A stretch of DNA of 64,000 nt from assembly GCA_017499595.2 (NCBI GenBank), contig CM039003.1, forward strand, positions 2,666,001 through 2,730,000. The letters are read 5' to 3'. Positions 1 to 11,433 of this stretch are shown piece after piece. The notes under the pieces are model-generated. The model saw nothing but the letters and a program-made list of their open reading frames with translations. It was not told where the DNA came from and ran no database searches. The stretch comes from Psilocybe cubensis (lineage: Eukaryota). Position numbers and translations under genes: made by a program. Numbering within the stretch: the first letter of the stretch is position 1; the number at the start of each line of letters is the position of its first letter.

Positions 1-873
1 GCTCCGAATATTCCGAGATTCACATCTTAAAGAAAAAGGTTCAAATCCAAGCTTCAGAACGTTGCCCTGATTGGACAGAAGAATGACGGAGTCACAACAC
101 TCGTCTCGTCTCCTGAATCCGAATCCCGGCGCTGTGCCAGGATACGAGAGTCTGTCTTGCCATGACTCTTTTACTCTTCTTTCTTCTTCCAATTTCCGTT
201 GTAGACTGTGCGACTGTGCCAAGTTGCGTTGCGACTGGCGGGAAGTGATTCGTGTTGTGGTCGTGCAGCGAATGTATGAAATGCATACTCCGATATGGCA
301 GTCCAATGATTCGGCCACTTGGGTACGTGGATGGGCGGGCAGGGAGGTTAGGGGTCAGAGTCAGGGTCGGGGTCGGTGTACGTAGACCAAGGATGCTTGT
401 CGTATTTGTATGTTCATAGCCCGGAATGGTGAATGCTCGGATCACAAGTTGGTCAGTACGTTACCTGTACTTGAAGGAGGCGCAGAGTGGAATGAGCTTT
501 TAGTTCTGTTGTACATCTAGCTATAACCTGAAGTAGAAAAAGGTTGATGTGACTCAAACTGGCGCGCTGATATAACGATTGGAAGAAATGCAATATATAT
601 TGTACGTCGCATGATGATGATTATGATGATGATGACGGTGGTGGTGGTACAATGTGGATGCGAGACATAATACATCATAGTATGGTATATAATCCTTTTA
701 TCGAGTAACCATTTTGTTGGCAAGTTCGACTTCTACGTTGTCTGTGAATCGTATTCTGTAAGGTCCAAAATGGTGTTGTAAGTTCGAATAAGTCCGAATG
801 GCGTCAACGTCGGCGTCCCAATTCTACACACCCCTATACGCCAAGAAAAGATCAAGCGCTTAAGCTTTAAAAT

Positions 874-2726
874 TTAAGCGCCCAACGACAGACTCTGTAG
901 TGGCACAGCATCCTCGTCGACATCTCGCACCAGCCGCGCGTGAGGGGGGAAGATCAGTGTGATCCGCCCTCTTCCTTTCCCGGACCCTTTCCCTATCCCT
1001 CGCGCTGTCCCGGGCCCTCTTCTGCTCCTGCTCTGCTTCGCTGCTGCTGCACAGCAATACGACGTACCACGCCGCTCAGTCTCATATCCCTCCCTATCCT
1101 TTCCCCACCCATCCACCTCCAACCCCATCCCCCATCCCTCTCTCAACGCGCGCATCACACATGCGCACCTAACCTGCAGCGCGGCGCGCTCGGCGGCTTC
1201 GGCGCGGGGCGAGAGCGAGGAGGAGATGATATGCCGGTTTGTTAGTGTGAATGTAAGTGTTGAGTTGGTTGGCGGTTGAGGGGATGGGGAGGTAAAAATT
1301 GCAGGAGAGGGGAATCCTAGACAAGTACACACATCCTCACTCTCCTCCGCCTCACCCCAACTCGTACTCGCGTTCACACTTTGACCCGCAACCTCCTCTT
1401 CCTCGTCCACACTCAAACTCAAATCCAAACCCATCGCCCGCCTCACACACCCCCACACCCCACTTCCCCCCCAATCCACATCTAACAGCACCTCCGGCCC
1501 ATCCGCCACCGGGAAATACATAAACCCCACTTTCGCTTGCACATCCAGTCTCTTCAGCTGGCCGCGGCGGGGTAGGGACGACAGGAGGTTCGTGAGGAGG
1601 AGGAGGGAGGAGGAGAGAGGGAGGGTAAGGGGCGAGAAGGGGATATGTAGTGAGAGGGTGTGCAGGGCTGTGAGTGGGGAGAGAGTGGGTGTTGGCTGGT
1701 ATAGAGGGATCCCTAAGGGAAAAATGGGGGAGGGGGTTAGTTGTTCGTTATTTTTTTTGTGGTGTGGTTACAAAAGAACATTCGAAAAGCAAACGTACAA
1801 GCAGTCTCATCCATACTCAACAAATGCAGCTCCTCCAACGACCCTCCCGCAAGGTCCAGAACAGCCTGTATCTGATCAACCGAGTTGTCGTCCATATACG
1901 CTGTGAACGATGTGAGCCCCGACAGATCTAACGCACGCGGGTGCAGGCGCAGAAGTGTATCGAGCGCCTCTTTTGATTTACGATGCGTGAGGTGTTTGAG
2001 TTTAATTCCTCCCCCATGTCCATATCCATGCCCATGCCCATGCTCATGCTTGTACGCGTACTCGTCCTCAGCGAAATCAACAACGGAAAGCCCGAGCGAC
2101 GTCAGCTGTACACAGGCCGTGATAGCCTGTACCGGCACCCTCCCAAGCCGGCGCAGATCGAGCGTCGTGATGTGCGGTGCGATGAAGGGTAGGAAGAAGG
2201 CGGTGAGCGAGTGCGCCGGATCCGCGAGGTCGCGAGGCGCGGCGGTTGCGAGGGTTAGCGTGCGCAGAGGCGAAATGCGCTGCATTAGGAAGAGGAAGGG
2301 ATTTGTAAATGAAGAGGAAGTTGTGTTTGAATATGTGGAGTTGTCTTTTAGACAGTGCTCGTCCTCTGCCTCTTCATAGTGGTACTCCGCGATACCACAC
2401 TCATGCGCACCTGACCACGCACCATACGTAGGAATCGGACACGCACCCTCACCCTCCATCGACTCAAGGCTCAGCTCCTGTACAGCGTCTGCCAGTGCAG
2501 GGTTCGCCTCGACTAGCGCCGCGAGTTGTGCAACGCGGCTCCGACGCGCGGAGGGTGAGGCACCGCGGATATGTATGTGGGAGAATATGTGGCGCTGGGC
2601 GCGCGGGCGGAAGCGGCGAGAAACGAGGGTACATGGGAAGAGGTGGGCTAGTGGTGTGCTTGAGGAGGAGGCGAGTGTATCGAGTATGAGGTCGATTAGC
2701 TCTTGTGCGAGTTCGGGCTGAGGCAT
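874..2726 (-). CDS. F-box-like/LRR-like hypothetical protein (family A, copy 1), 2 exons
   Basis: N-terminus LAQELIDLILDTL...CTLVSRRFRPRAQRHIFSHI is typical of agaricomycete F-box-like proteins. A phase-1 GT-AG intron (~1797-1713) joins ORF 1737..2726 in frame to ORF 874..1542. Confidence 0.7.
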
Positions 2727-4571
2727 CGTGTTTGTTGTCTAGACTCTAGGAATAGAAGGGTGGTGGGTGTATAACGATTCCGTAGACCTTTGAGTGAAAG
2801 AATATAGCGGGCTGAGCGGGCCCGTTAACGTTACTGAGTACTCGGGGCACAATGAAGTGAATGATTTGCACTTTGCAAGGAGGAGGATCGTCAGATCAAC
2901 TGGGGATCGAATATTGAATGAAGAACACCCCGGGTCTGGGATACTGTCTATTTCTTTCTTGAAAGCCATTTGTGATGAACCAAGATAATAGCAGATGCGA
3001 CCTTCCGAAGGCTCGGTGGGGACGGGGACACGCACAGGTGAGTAAGCCCACCTAGCCTGCGGTATTTCACTGACATTACTGACATATGACAAAAGGACGA
3101 AATCAATACTTCCGGTGCTTGACACATTCATTTTCTGATAAATTCAAATTTTTAATACAAATCTATTCAAAAATGGTATCTGCTCAGCGGGAAGGTTACT
3201 AAAGTAGGTATTTTTAGGTGTGATGATGTTAAATGATGACCTCCCTTGTCAGTAAGTTAAGACCAATGCCGAGGAGGTCGGTTCGAAATGGAGGGAAACG
3301 AGTTTTTAGTCTTGCGACGATCATGGTGGCGAAGATTGGTCCGGATGGGATCTTTTTTTTTATTGGTACATGGTTGGTCAGCAAATTACAGAGTGTGTTA
3401 GCGGCTCTCAGCCGCATGCGCGTTCAAGAAGCCGTGCGGACTGGGTAACACGGTGACTCGCAAGTGCAACTGTGGATGAGAATGGAAAGTGCAGTATATC
3501 TTGTGTCCAGAGAGTGCTTGGCCCGTGGCCTATTTATCCTCTACGTACGCTCTCATCACTTCGTTTTACTATGGATTGGTGATGGAAAGCCCAGCTCATC
3601 TTAGTAGATAAAACCATCATAAATAAAAATGATAGTCGCCATTCGAAATTTAGAATTTAGAATGTAGATTAGACAGACAGGGAGCTTGCCTTCGAAGTTC
3701 GGCACTTTGCGAGTGGGTACATGAAAATTAATGACGGAGTCATATATCCATTGAAACCCTATTTCGAGATCGGTATCAAGTGGAAAGATAACAAGACGTG
3801 CCGACTCACATTAAAATCTCGAATGAAATGAATTCCTAAGAAACCGTACAAACCATACTCAATTGTTATAAGTTGACTTTACCTGCACGTTTTGTTCAAG
3901 TTCAGCTAGGAATCAATAAAAAAATCCCTGCCTTCATCAGTGCTTTTTCTACTTCAAAAAACAGGAAAGAACAGAGAATGTGCATGATGCGGCTGATAGA
4001 TTCAACTTGGCCTGCATAGTAGAAACTTGGCTCATTACCGTCTTCAACTCTTAACTTTATAAGCACATGGTAGGCGCAAAGGAAGAAAGAGAGAGAGAAG
4101 GAGCAGACGAGGAAGAGAGAACTACCCAAAAATGAAACCGGAGGTGTCGCGTTAAACAGCTTGGGGAAGAGCTGGATCCAGTAGAGGGACGTCACGGTGA
4201 GGGCCCTTTGGGAGGCAAACGCGAACCGAAGAAGGTTCTCACCAGGCTCAGGGAGCTAATAGGTAGAATAGCAGCACTAGGCCAAGGGAGGGGTCTCCCC
4301 CTCAGAGGCAATAACATAACACACAAAAAAAAGCACATGGTAGACGGTAAACGCCCATTGCTGGAGGAATAATTAAATAAGCGCCGGTAGTTTTCAAACT
4401 TCAGACATGCACACAATACCTCACCGGCACAACGCTACACAGCACCCAAGATACAAGCAAACAAAAAACAAAAAGACTGAAAACAAAAAAAAGGAAAAAA
4501 GAAAAGGGGGAGGGAATACAGCAATAACAATACAATCCGAGCGTCCGCAGGGAGAGAGGGAAGGATAACAA

Positions 4572-6297
4572 CTATGAAGACACCCCTAGAATCTCCTTTG
4601 CCCACGCCGCATCACTCATAACCTGTCTCGCGAAGAATGGGCCAAGGACATCATGCAATTTAGCTATGAGCTCGCTGTCTCGCGTAGGATCCAGCGCGTC
4701 TGACATATCATCAGACGGCGGGGGCTGCAACACCCTCAGCGCATCCTACACGTACAAAAATCGCAAATTCTCAGCACAAAAACAAACAAACGAGAAGTTA
4801 CACGCAAACAAACGCACCATGACGGAATTCACAAGTCCCTGCGCCGGCCTGCCGCGCTCGCGCTCCTTCTCCCACTCCGCACCGACAACGCGCGCACCGC
4901 CACCTTCGACCAAGCCCTTCCTCACCGCCTCCTTCCCCACACCCACCAGCCCGCGAATCGCGCCCTCCCGCGTGCCCGTGCTCTTCCCTGGTGAAATCAG
5001 CGCGAGGAGGAGCGTCTTCATTATCCGCGGTGAGAGAGAGGGGTACGTGGTCGAGTGCTGCGTGAGCAGCTTCGCGAGCGTCTGCGAGGCGGAGGTGCGG
5101 AGGTGTGTGGTGTGTGTTTGTGGAAGCGAGGAGTGCAGGAGGATGGAGAGAATGGGCGGGAGAATTTGGTGCAGCTGTGCGAGACTTGTTTAGTTGGGGA
5201 TTTGCTGTAGATTATAACGAATACGCACGTAAGGCTCGACGAATAGTGTGCTGTTATCCAATATCGCGCCGATAACATCCAAAAGCACGTCCAACACCTT
5301 GCCCTCTCCTTCCGCTGGCGCATCCTCCTTGAGCACACCTACAACACCCTCACCAACCCATCGTACCAGGTAGGGCAGCAACGCCTGCAGCCCAGCGTCG
5401 TGCCGCAGACTCGCGAGCGCCGCAACGCGCTTCGCGTGGTCCGATGCACTAGGCGGGAGCAACGACGCCGTCAAACGCGCGTAATACAACTGCAGCTCGC
5501 GGGACAAGACCTGTTTCACGAGCTGCTGCTGCTGCTGCGCCGCACCCGCCTTCTTCGCGTCGCCGTTCACCGCCAGCATCGGTGCGCCTGCCGCAACACC
5601 TGCACCACCCACCGGTGGCTGCGCCGCGGCACCCACGCCGTTGGGCTTGAGGAGGTCCCCCTTCGCCAGCGGGTCCCCGTCGCTCTCGCGCGGCACCGCG
5701 GGCGGATTCTCGGGCACAAGCGGCTGCACACCCTCCACAGCCAGCCAATGCGCTGTCCAGCTCACACCCCTAGGCAGCGCGATCTTCTCCTCTCGCAGCA
5801 CACGGTCAAAATCGATCTCCTCGTCTTCGGGGAAGTACACAGGGCCCGCGGCGGGGATCTGTGGAAAGGGCAGAGCACGGCGGAAGCCGCTGGATGAAGA
5901 TGAGGATGTAGAGGGTGTGTGGCCGTAGAGAGGCTCGATGTTGAGTGTGCGGAGGGCGAGGTCGATGTCGGCGGTCGTGAGCAGGGTTCGTCGGCCGTGG
6001 CGCATGAAGCGGGCTGCTTCCTGTGGCGTTGTTGGGCATTGGAAGGGGGATCTGAGAATAATGGACGACGCACCTCAATAACCTGGTTAATTCTATACTC
6101 TACATCGCTCGCCAGCGCTGACGCGACGCTGTCTGAAATGACAATGTTCAACGAGTCCGCGATATCCTTTTAATTCGCATAAGCTCTGTCGAGGGTTAAA
6201 GCAAAAGCCAGCTTGCCTTTATCGTGTCGATTTTATACACCCCCGTCTGTGTCCCCTGGCTCGTGCGGACTTTTGGTTTTGGTGGAGGCGCTTGCAT
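4572..6297 (-). CDS. TAF6: TFIID/SAGA subunit TAF6
   Basis: Histone fold (VYKIDTIK|DIADSLNI...LASDVEYRINQVIE; MRHGRRTLLTTADIDLALRTLNIEPLYG), then HWLAVEGVQPLVPENP, LSRELQLYY and LASLRHDAGLQALLPY of the HEAT region. ATG at 6297, stop at 4572-4574, multi-exon. Confidence 0.93.
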
Positions 6298-7062
6298 AGC
6301 TATTGACCGGGGTTTTTTGGTGTTAGGTTCAAGGCCCAAAGAGTATTAAAGCAAGGGGATATCCTGTTCGCGAAGATTAAGGGATTATGGTTTTCGTGTA
6401 TTCGCCCATGGACAGCGTTCTCACCCGCACCGTGGTCGTCGACGTTACGTTGAACACTGAAGCACTGACTGCTGAACGATCTCGAGCACGTATTTGCGCT
6501 TGCTTGGTCGTTAGATTGTCACGTGATTACGGTTGCTTGTAACTGTAAGTACATTGGTTTGTTGATGTTCAACACTGCTTTGAACTTGACTGTTTTTTGA
6601 GTAGGTGATAGGCCTTTTTGTCTAAAACATTTCAACAGGGGCCAAACCCTACAGCAGAAAAATGAATGATCGACGTAAGAAGTGGTAGTTGAGAACTAAC
6701 CATGCCCGGAACCTTGAGTATAAGAAAATCCACATGAGCGTCTTTCAAGCCCTTGTTAATTTGTTTTGAAGCTGATAAACAGGTTCCCGGTGTAATCCAC
6801 ATAGGCCTCAGAGGTGGAGATAGAACAGTAACTTGAACAAAGGACGAGATAACAAGAACAAGATTTTCTAGAATTTTAGTTATACCGCAAGCGCTCTAGC
6901 CCAACTGTCGAGTCGTTATTCAATTTGAGCTCTAACAAAATGCGAGTGATATTCCATATTTCAATGGTGAGGATATGCGTGTCGTTATAACTTATGGTTA
7001 TCTATTCGCCGGGGAATCTATCGTCGTCGTCGTTATTTCATCCCTCACCCTTCGTCATCGCA

Positions 7063-8209
7063 CTACCACCCGCTCCAAATCCCAGCTAGCACCCAGCCGC
7101 CCAACAGAGCTCCGAGTAGCCGTACACCGAGAAGTGCAGGGTGCGCGACGGTTTTCTGGTTGAACGCTGCGGTCCATCGCTCGACAGTTGCAAACACAGA
7201 TTCGCGCGTCTCGATGAAGTAGTCTTTGAGAAAGTCGAGGCGGTCAGGAATTGTTTCTGTTAGTCCCGGGGGTTGAGTGCAAGAAGAGAAAAGAAAAGAG
7301 TGTAAGCGCACCTCCACTTTGCCCGTGCAAAAATGACTCTAGATGAAAAATTACGATGATCACCAGCTCGACTAATAGCAAGCATGGAATGAGAACGATT
7401 ATAGGCCCAAAGAACACCGTCCAGCCGAGGATGTGGAATGGGTGAGGGTGATTTTGAACTAGAATTGACAAGAAAGATATAGGGGGATGGCAAAAGTTTG
7501 GGTTTTGGTGTTTAATCTTCCAGACTGGGAAAAGAATTGTATTGAGTGTGCTCACCGAAAGTATAGGAAGTGCTTAGCGCTTCAGAAATCCAATCTGTAC
7601 GACGAGTTTTAGTATTAACGATCTTTCAAAGTGAAGAAGAGAGCATATATGCGCCCTACAGAATCAGAAAAGTTCACACTCACCCAAAGATGGTCCCCAG
7701 CACACAGCCCAATTCTTCACCACATCGAACACGCTCAGTATGAAGGCCCCTAAATAGGAAAGCGCAAAGATGGTCATGTCAACACAATCTCAGTACTGAA
7801 TAGAAAAACAACTGGAAAGTAGACGACGCGTACACACTGCGTGAAAAATTTTGTCGATCTGCATTTGCCCCGTCTCTTCGTCGAGGCGCAGCACCGTTGC
7901 AACACTACCGAGTCCTACATCCGATCCAAGTTTCCCTACCGACGATGGCAGCGACGACAATGAGGCTGGAAGGGGTAGTTGTGACGGCTGTGGCACAGCA
8001 CCGCTGCCACTGAACGCAGTAGCAAACAATGAGGCGTAGGAAGCGGCACCGATGTACATCTTCAGAATTTGATTAGGAGAGTTGGTGTGTGGTGTGGGGA
8101 AAGCAGCAGACAGCAGAAGACAGTTGGGAAAAACGGCAGCTAAGGGGCCATGCACTGAGCTCGTGGTCGTGGTCGTGGTCGAAGTCGAAGTCGCGGTCGT
8201 GAACGCCAA
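7063..8209 (-). CDS. Hypothetical (possibly membrane) protein(s); model uncertain, may be two small genes
   Basis: Minus-strand ORF pieces with intron-like boundaries and hydrophobic segments (GWTVFFGPIIVLIPCLLLVELVIIVIFHL; DRLDFLKDYFIETRESVF). No recognisable domain. Confidence 0.35.
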
Positions 8210-9937
8210 AATTCAAATGGTACGCCACGACTGCGACCCGCAAGCCACGAGAGGCCACGAGTCAGGGGTTGCGTGATCGTGACCGCATGCCGCCGGCGCG
8301 GCGCAGAGTCGCAGACGCCCGAACCAATAGGAGGACGATTGGACTTGGCCATGAAATTTGATTGATTGTCAGGGTCCTAAAGCTACCCAAGTAGGCCGCC
8401 TCTCGATACCTTAAAGGAACGGGATGATTTGGGTAAGTAATATGCGCTCAAATAAACTTAATTAATGAGAAGTTGACATCTGCAAACCGGTTTTTCTGCG
8501 GTACCCCGTCGAACTACATATCAAGTGTAGAAATAATTGTTTTTAGTAGTTCTGGTAGTTAAAATAACATGTTTTGGCTCGAAAATTCAATGATGAGGAT
8601 GCAGCCGAAATCATCTACAGATAAGATAGAAATATTCATTACAACTTCTTCCCTTTCTTAATCCTAAAGCGGAATAGCAAGACTTGTTTCTGCAATTTTC
8701 AACTTACATGTCATACATTCTACTCAGAAATATGGAATATAATATATTTGCTGCTGAGACCAGTTTCTTTCCTGAATTTCCGTGTTCTGAATGCACACAG
8801 AGAAGGGAGGATTCTGATCAATTCAATGTTTCTAACACATAATACATATGGTGGAAACATCCTTAAGAGGCTTTCAAATGGCTTCAAAATCTGTAGATTA
8901 CAAATGGAACAAATTATTAAAGACTGAATTCATAGAGGCAGCGCCGGAGTTACTTCAATGATTCAGAGACGATTCAGCGCTTCCGATTCTGAGGCAATTT
9001 GGCGTCTTCCCACGCTTCTGATGACCAGAGGCTCTGAATCGCGTTACTGGATCACCTCTGAATGAATCTACTCTGACATTCCCTGTTGATCTGGTCAATA
9101 TCCGGCATGCAAGCCCCCTATCCTTTGCATAACAATTCTCTCCAATTTTCTTTGAGCAAGGCGCGAGCCTTGCGTAGCTTTATCTTTCTCACTTCTTTCG
9201 GCTCTTTGTCACCGGATTTGGCGTACGTACGGAGTATCTGACGTTTCAACTTGTTTATGCAACAATTTGTGGACACTATATTCTGTCTAAAAGGAGACAC
9301 GATGGCAGGGTCGCAACGTCCTCGAGTTTCAGAAGGGAATGAACGAAAATGCTTCCAAAGACAGTACGCATCAAAATCGAAATCTCTATTGCAGAACATC
9401 ACAACATGTTTGTCTTTGCTTCGTGATGATAAAGACGGTATCTGAGATGTCAACAGATTGGACGTCATAGCACCCATGAAATGCAGAGATTCTTCTATAA
9501 ATCCTCCATAATTATATTTGATCCGCGATCCCGACTTACTCGAATCTAGATTTGTATGACATCGCATTGAGTTTCCTAGTGGCCCTACATCAATCAACAA
9601 AGGCGGTTATCCGGGTTCCTCATTCGGAAGTTCAATGCGCTTCGAGCAGCATTGTCATGGACCAAAGTTTAGATCTACATAAACTACAACGTGTGGCCTT
9701 GATATATATTCCATGAAATAAAGAAAATCATGTCTCCAGGGCGAAAGGCCACCAACATAAAACTCTATTAGGCCAAACAAAGCACCCCGGCGCTTACCAT
9801 TTGCTGACCTGAGGACGTCTATGTGTAGGACTTGGCGTACGTTCAACGCGCAAGGCCTCTAGTATAAATTCTGGCCAGTAAGTGGAAGTGTTGACCCCAT
9901 ATTTTCACCCTCTCACAAGCTGATACCTTCGAGCACG

Positions 9938-11275
9938 ATGAACTACTCCTACGAGTCGTTCGTATCAAGCTTTCAATCAAATCAGCCGCCCGTTGGGTAC
10001 GACTCTAACTATCCTCAACAAGGCCCCTATAGCTCCTCTCATAACATTCCGAACACCTCAGTGGCATCTAGTTCTTCTCGACAACCCTTGCACGATAGGA
10101 GCGACCAAATTCTGGTTCAAGAGCAGGAGAATATACCCGACACTACCAACTCCTCTTTGGCTAAAACCTCACAGCAGAGCCAGGATTTTAACCGTTGGCA
10201 CACTCGTCATCCCATGACTGATGCCAACCACGATGGATTCCAGGAAATAGAAGCAGTCCCGGCATTATTCAACGCGGAATGGCCTCTTTCGATGACCGTT
10301 CCTCGTAATACCCCTCGTCCTCCCATGACTGATGCTAACCACGATGGATTCCCGGAAATAGAAGCAGCCCCGGTATTATTCAACGCGGAATGGCCTCCTT
10401 TGATGGCCTTTGCTCGTAATGAGGATCTCCTCAACAAGTATGCTCTGTACTCCAACGTTCAAAACCAGCCCGATGTGAGCAACGACTACCAACCACTCAA
10501 TACCGAGCCCCAGTATAGTTCGGCACTGCAAGGGTATCAAGCGTCAGCCAGTGCTCCAGCGCTGGATCAGCTGGGACCTGTGCGGCATTCACACCGACAA
10601 CCCAACCATTCACTGCCTTACCAGAGAGTAGGGAGTTCAAATAGTCGACTTGCTCAGGACAACATCGACTCGTTTATCCAAGACACTCAAGCCAACACAA
10701 GTTCGTCAGTAGAAAACAACCAAAAGGTCAAAAAACCTAGACGAAAGGTCAAAGTGAGACCAACATTGAGCACTGTTGACTCAATCAAAGGAGCGTTCCA
10801 AGTAACAATGCGTGCCTCGGATTCGCGCGCCCGTGCCCTCCGCCCAAACACTGGAGCAACGCTGGGTGACGTTCCAACGAGTGGTTCTACGCACCCCAAC
10901 GGCCTCGTGAGTTTCGGGGCCGAGGACTTGCCGATGATCCCATGTCCCCTGGCCGGGTGCACCGCGGCATCGAAAGGGATAAAAGCGCTTGAAAAGCATC
11001 TCGCCGAAGCACATGAATATCGCCGAAAAAAAACTAGAGACCAGAATTCGGTCGTATGCCCAATTTATGGCTGCATTGTTAAAGTTGGAGAGGGTAACCT
11101 CAACCGCCACATTGCAGAGACTCATACAAATGTGTGGTACTATTGCACTATGTGTGATACAGGTCGCTCTCGTCAGGATGATCTCAAGAACCACTTTGAG
11201 ACTGTGCATGCTGGTTACGATGTGCCCAAGGTATTCAGAGAGATTCTTCATGAATCTGCTGGTAGATCGATGTGA
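9938..11275 (+). CDS. C2H2 zinc-finger protein (3 C-terminal fingers), single exon
   Basis: 445-aa ORF with CPLAGC..HLAEAH, CPIYGC..HIAETH and CTMC..HFETVH, a basic NLS-like KKPRRKVK, and TATAAA at ~9863. Confidence 0.8.
   Translation: MNYSYESFVSSFQSNQPPVGYDSNYPQQGPYSSSHNIPNTSVASSSSRQPLHDRSDQILVQEQENIPDTTNSSLAKTSQQSQDFNRWHTRHPMTDANHDGFQEIEAVPALFNAEWPLSMTVPRNTPRPPMTDANHDGFPEIEAAPVLFNAEWPPLMAFARNEDLLNKYALYSNVQNQPDVSNDYQPLNTEPQYSSALQGYQASASAPALDQLGPVRHSHRQPNHSLPYQRVGSSNSRLAQDNIDSFIQDTQANTSSSVENNQKVKKPRRKVKVRPTLSTVDSIKGAFQVTMRASDSRARALRPNTGATLGDVPTSGSTHPNGLVSFGAEDLPMIPCPLAGCTAASKGIKALEKHLAEAHEYRRKKTRDQNSVVCPIYGCIVKVGEGNLNRHIAETHTNVWYYCTMCDTGRSRQDDLKNHFETVHAGYDVPKVFREILHESAGRSM
10203..10420 (+). 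repeat. In-frame tandem duplication, 111-bp period (37 aa x2)
   Basis: PMTDANHDGFQEIEAVPALFNAEWPLSMTVPRN versus PMTDANHDGFPEIEAAPVLFNAEWPPLMAFARN; the copies have cccatgactg at 10211 and 10322. Confidence 0.95.
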
Positions 11276-11433
11276 CATTTCTTGACTTTAGGATTTTGCG
11301 AAATAGATTGTTACTCTCTTGTATTTTCTGTCGTTGAAAAATAGAAAATCGGAATGAACCATTTTCATAGTACCTTGTTGTTACTGGTATACCTTGTGCA
11401 CCCTCCAAATCCGAATGCAGAGGCACGGAAAAG

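Noticed and set aside
1-520. Possible partial minus-strand gene at the window edge
   Set aside because: Splice-like sites exist but no consistent, recognisable reading frame could be built.
611-650. (ATG)n/(GTG)n tract, with similar (TCGTGG)n at ~8160-8200
   Set aside because: Ordinary short microsatellites; not a CRISPR-like repeat-spacer array.
1590-1690. Polypurine GA-rich tract (possible triplex or G4)
   Set aside because: Explained by Leu/Ser/Pro codons of F-box exon 2 on the minus strand.
8925-9070. CTGATGA within GATTCAGAG/CTCTGAATC inverted repeats, a possible hammerhead ribozyme or MITE
   Set aside because: No GAAA core after a valid stem II (GAAT instead), and the repeats are short and imperfect with no TSD.
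9118-9600. 160-aa minus-strand ORF
   Set aside because: No recognisable motif, splice structure or paralog in the window.
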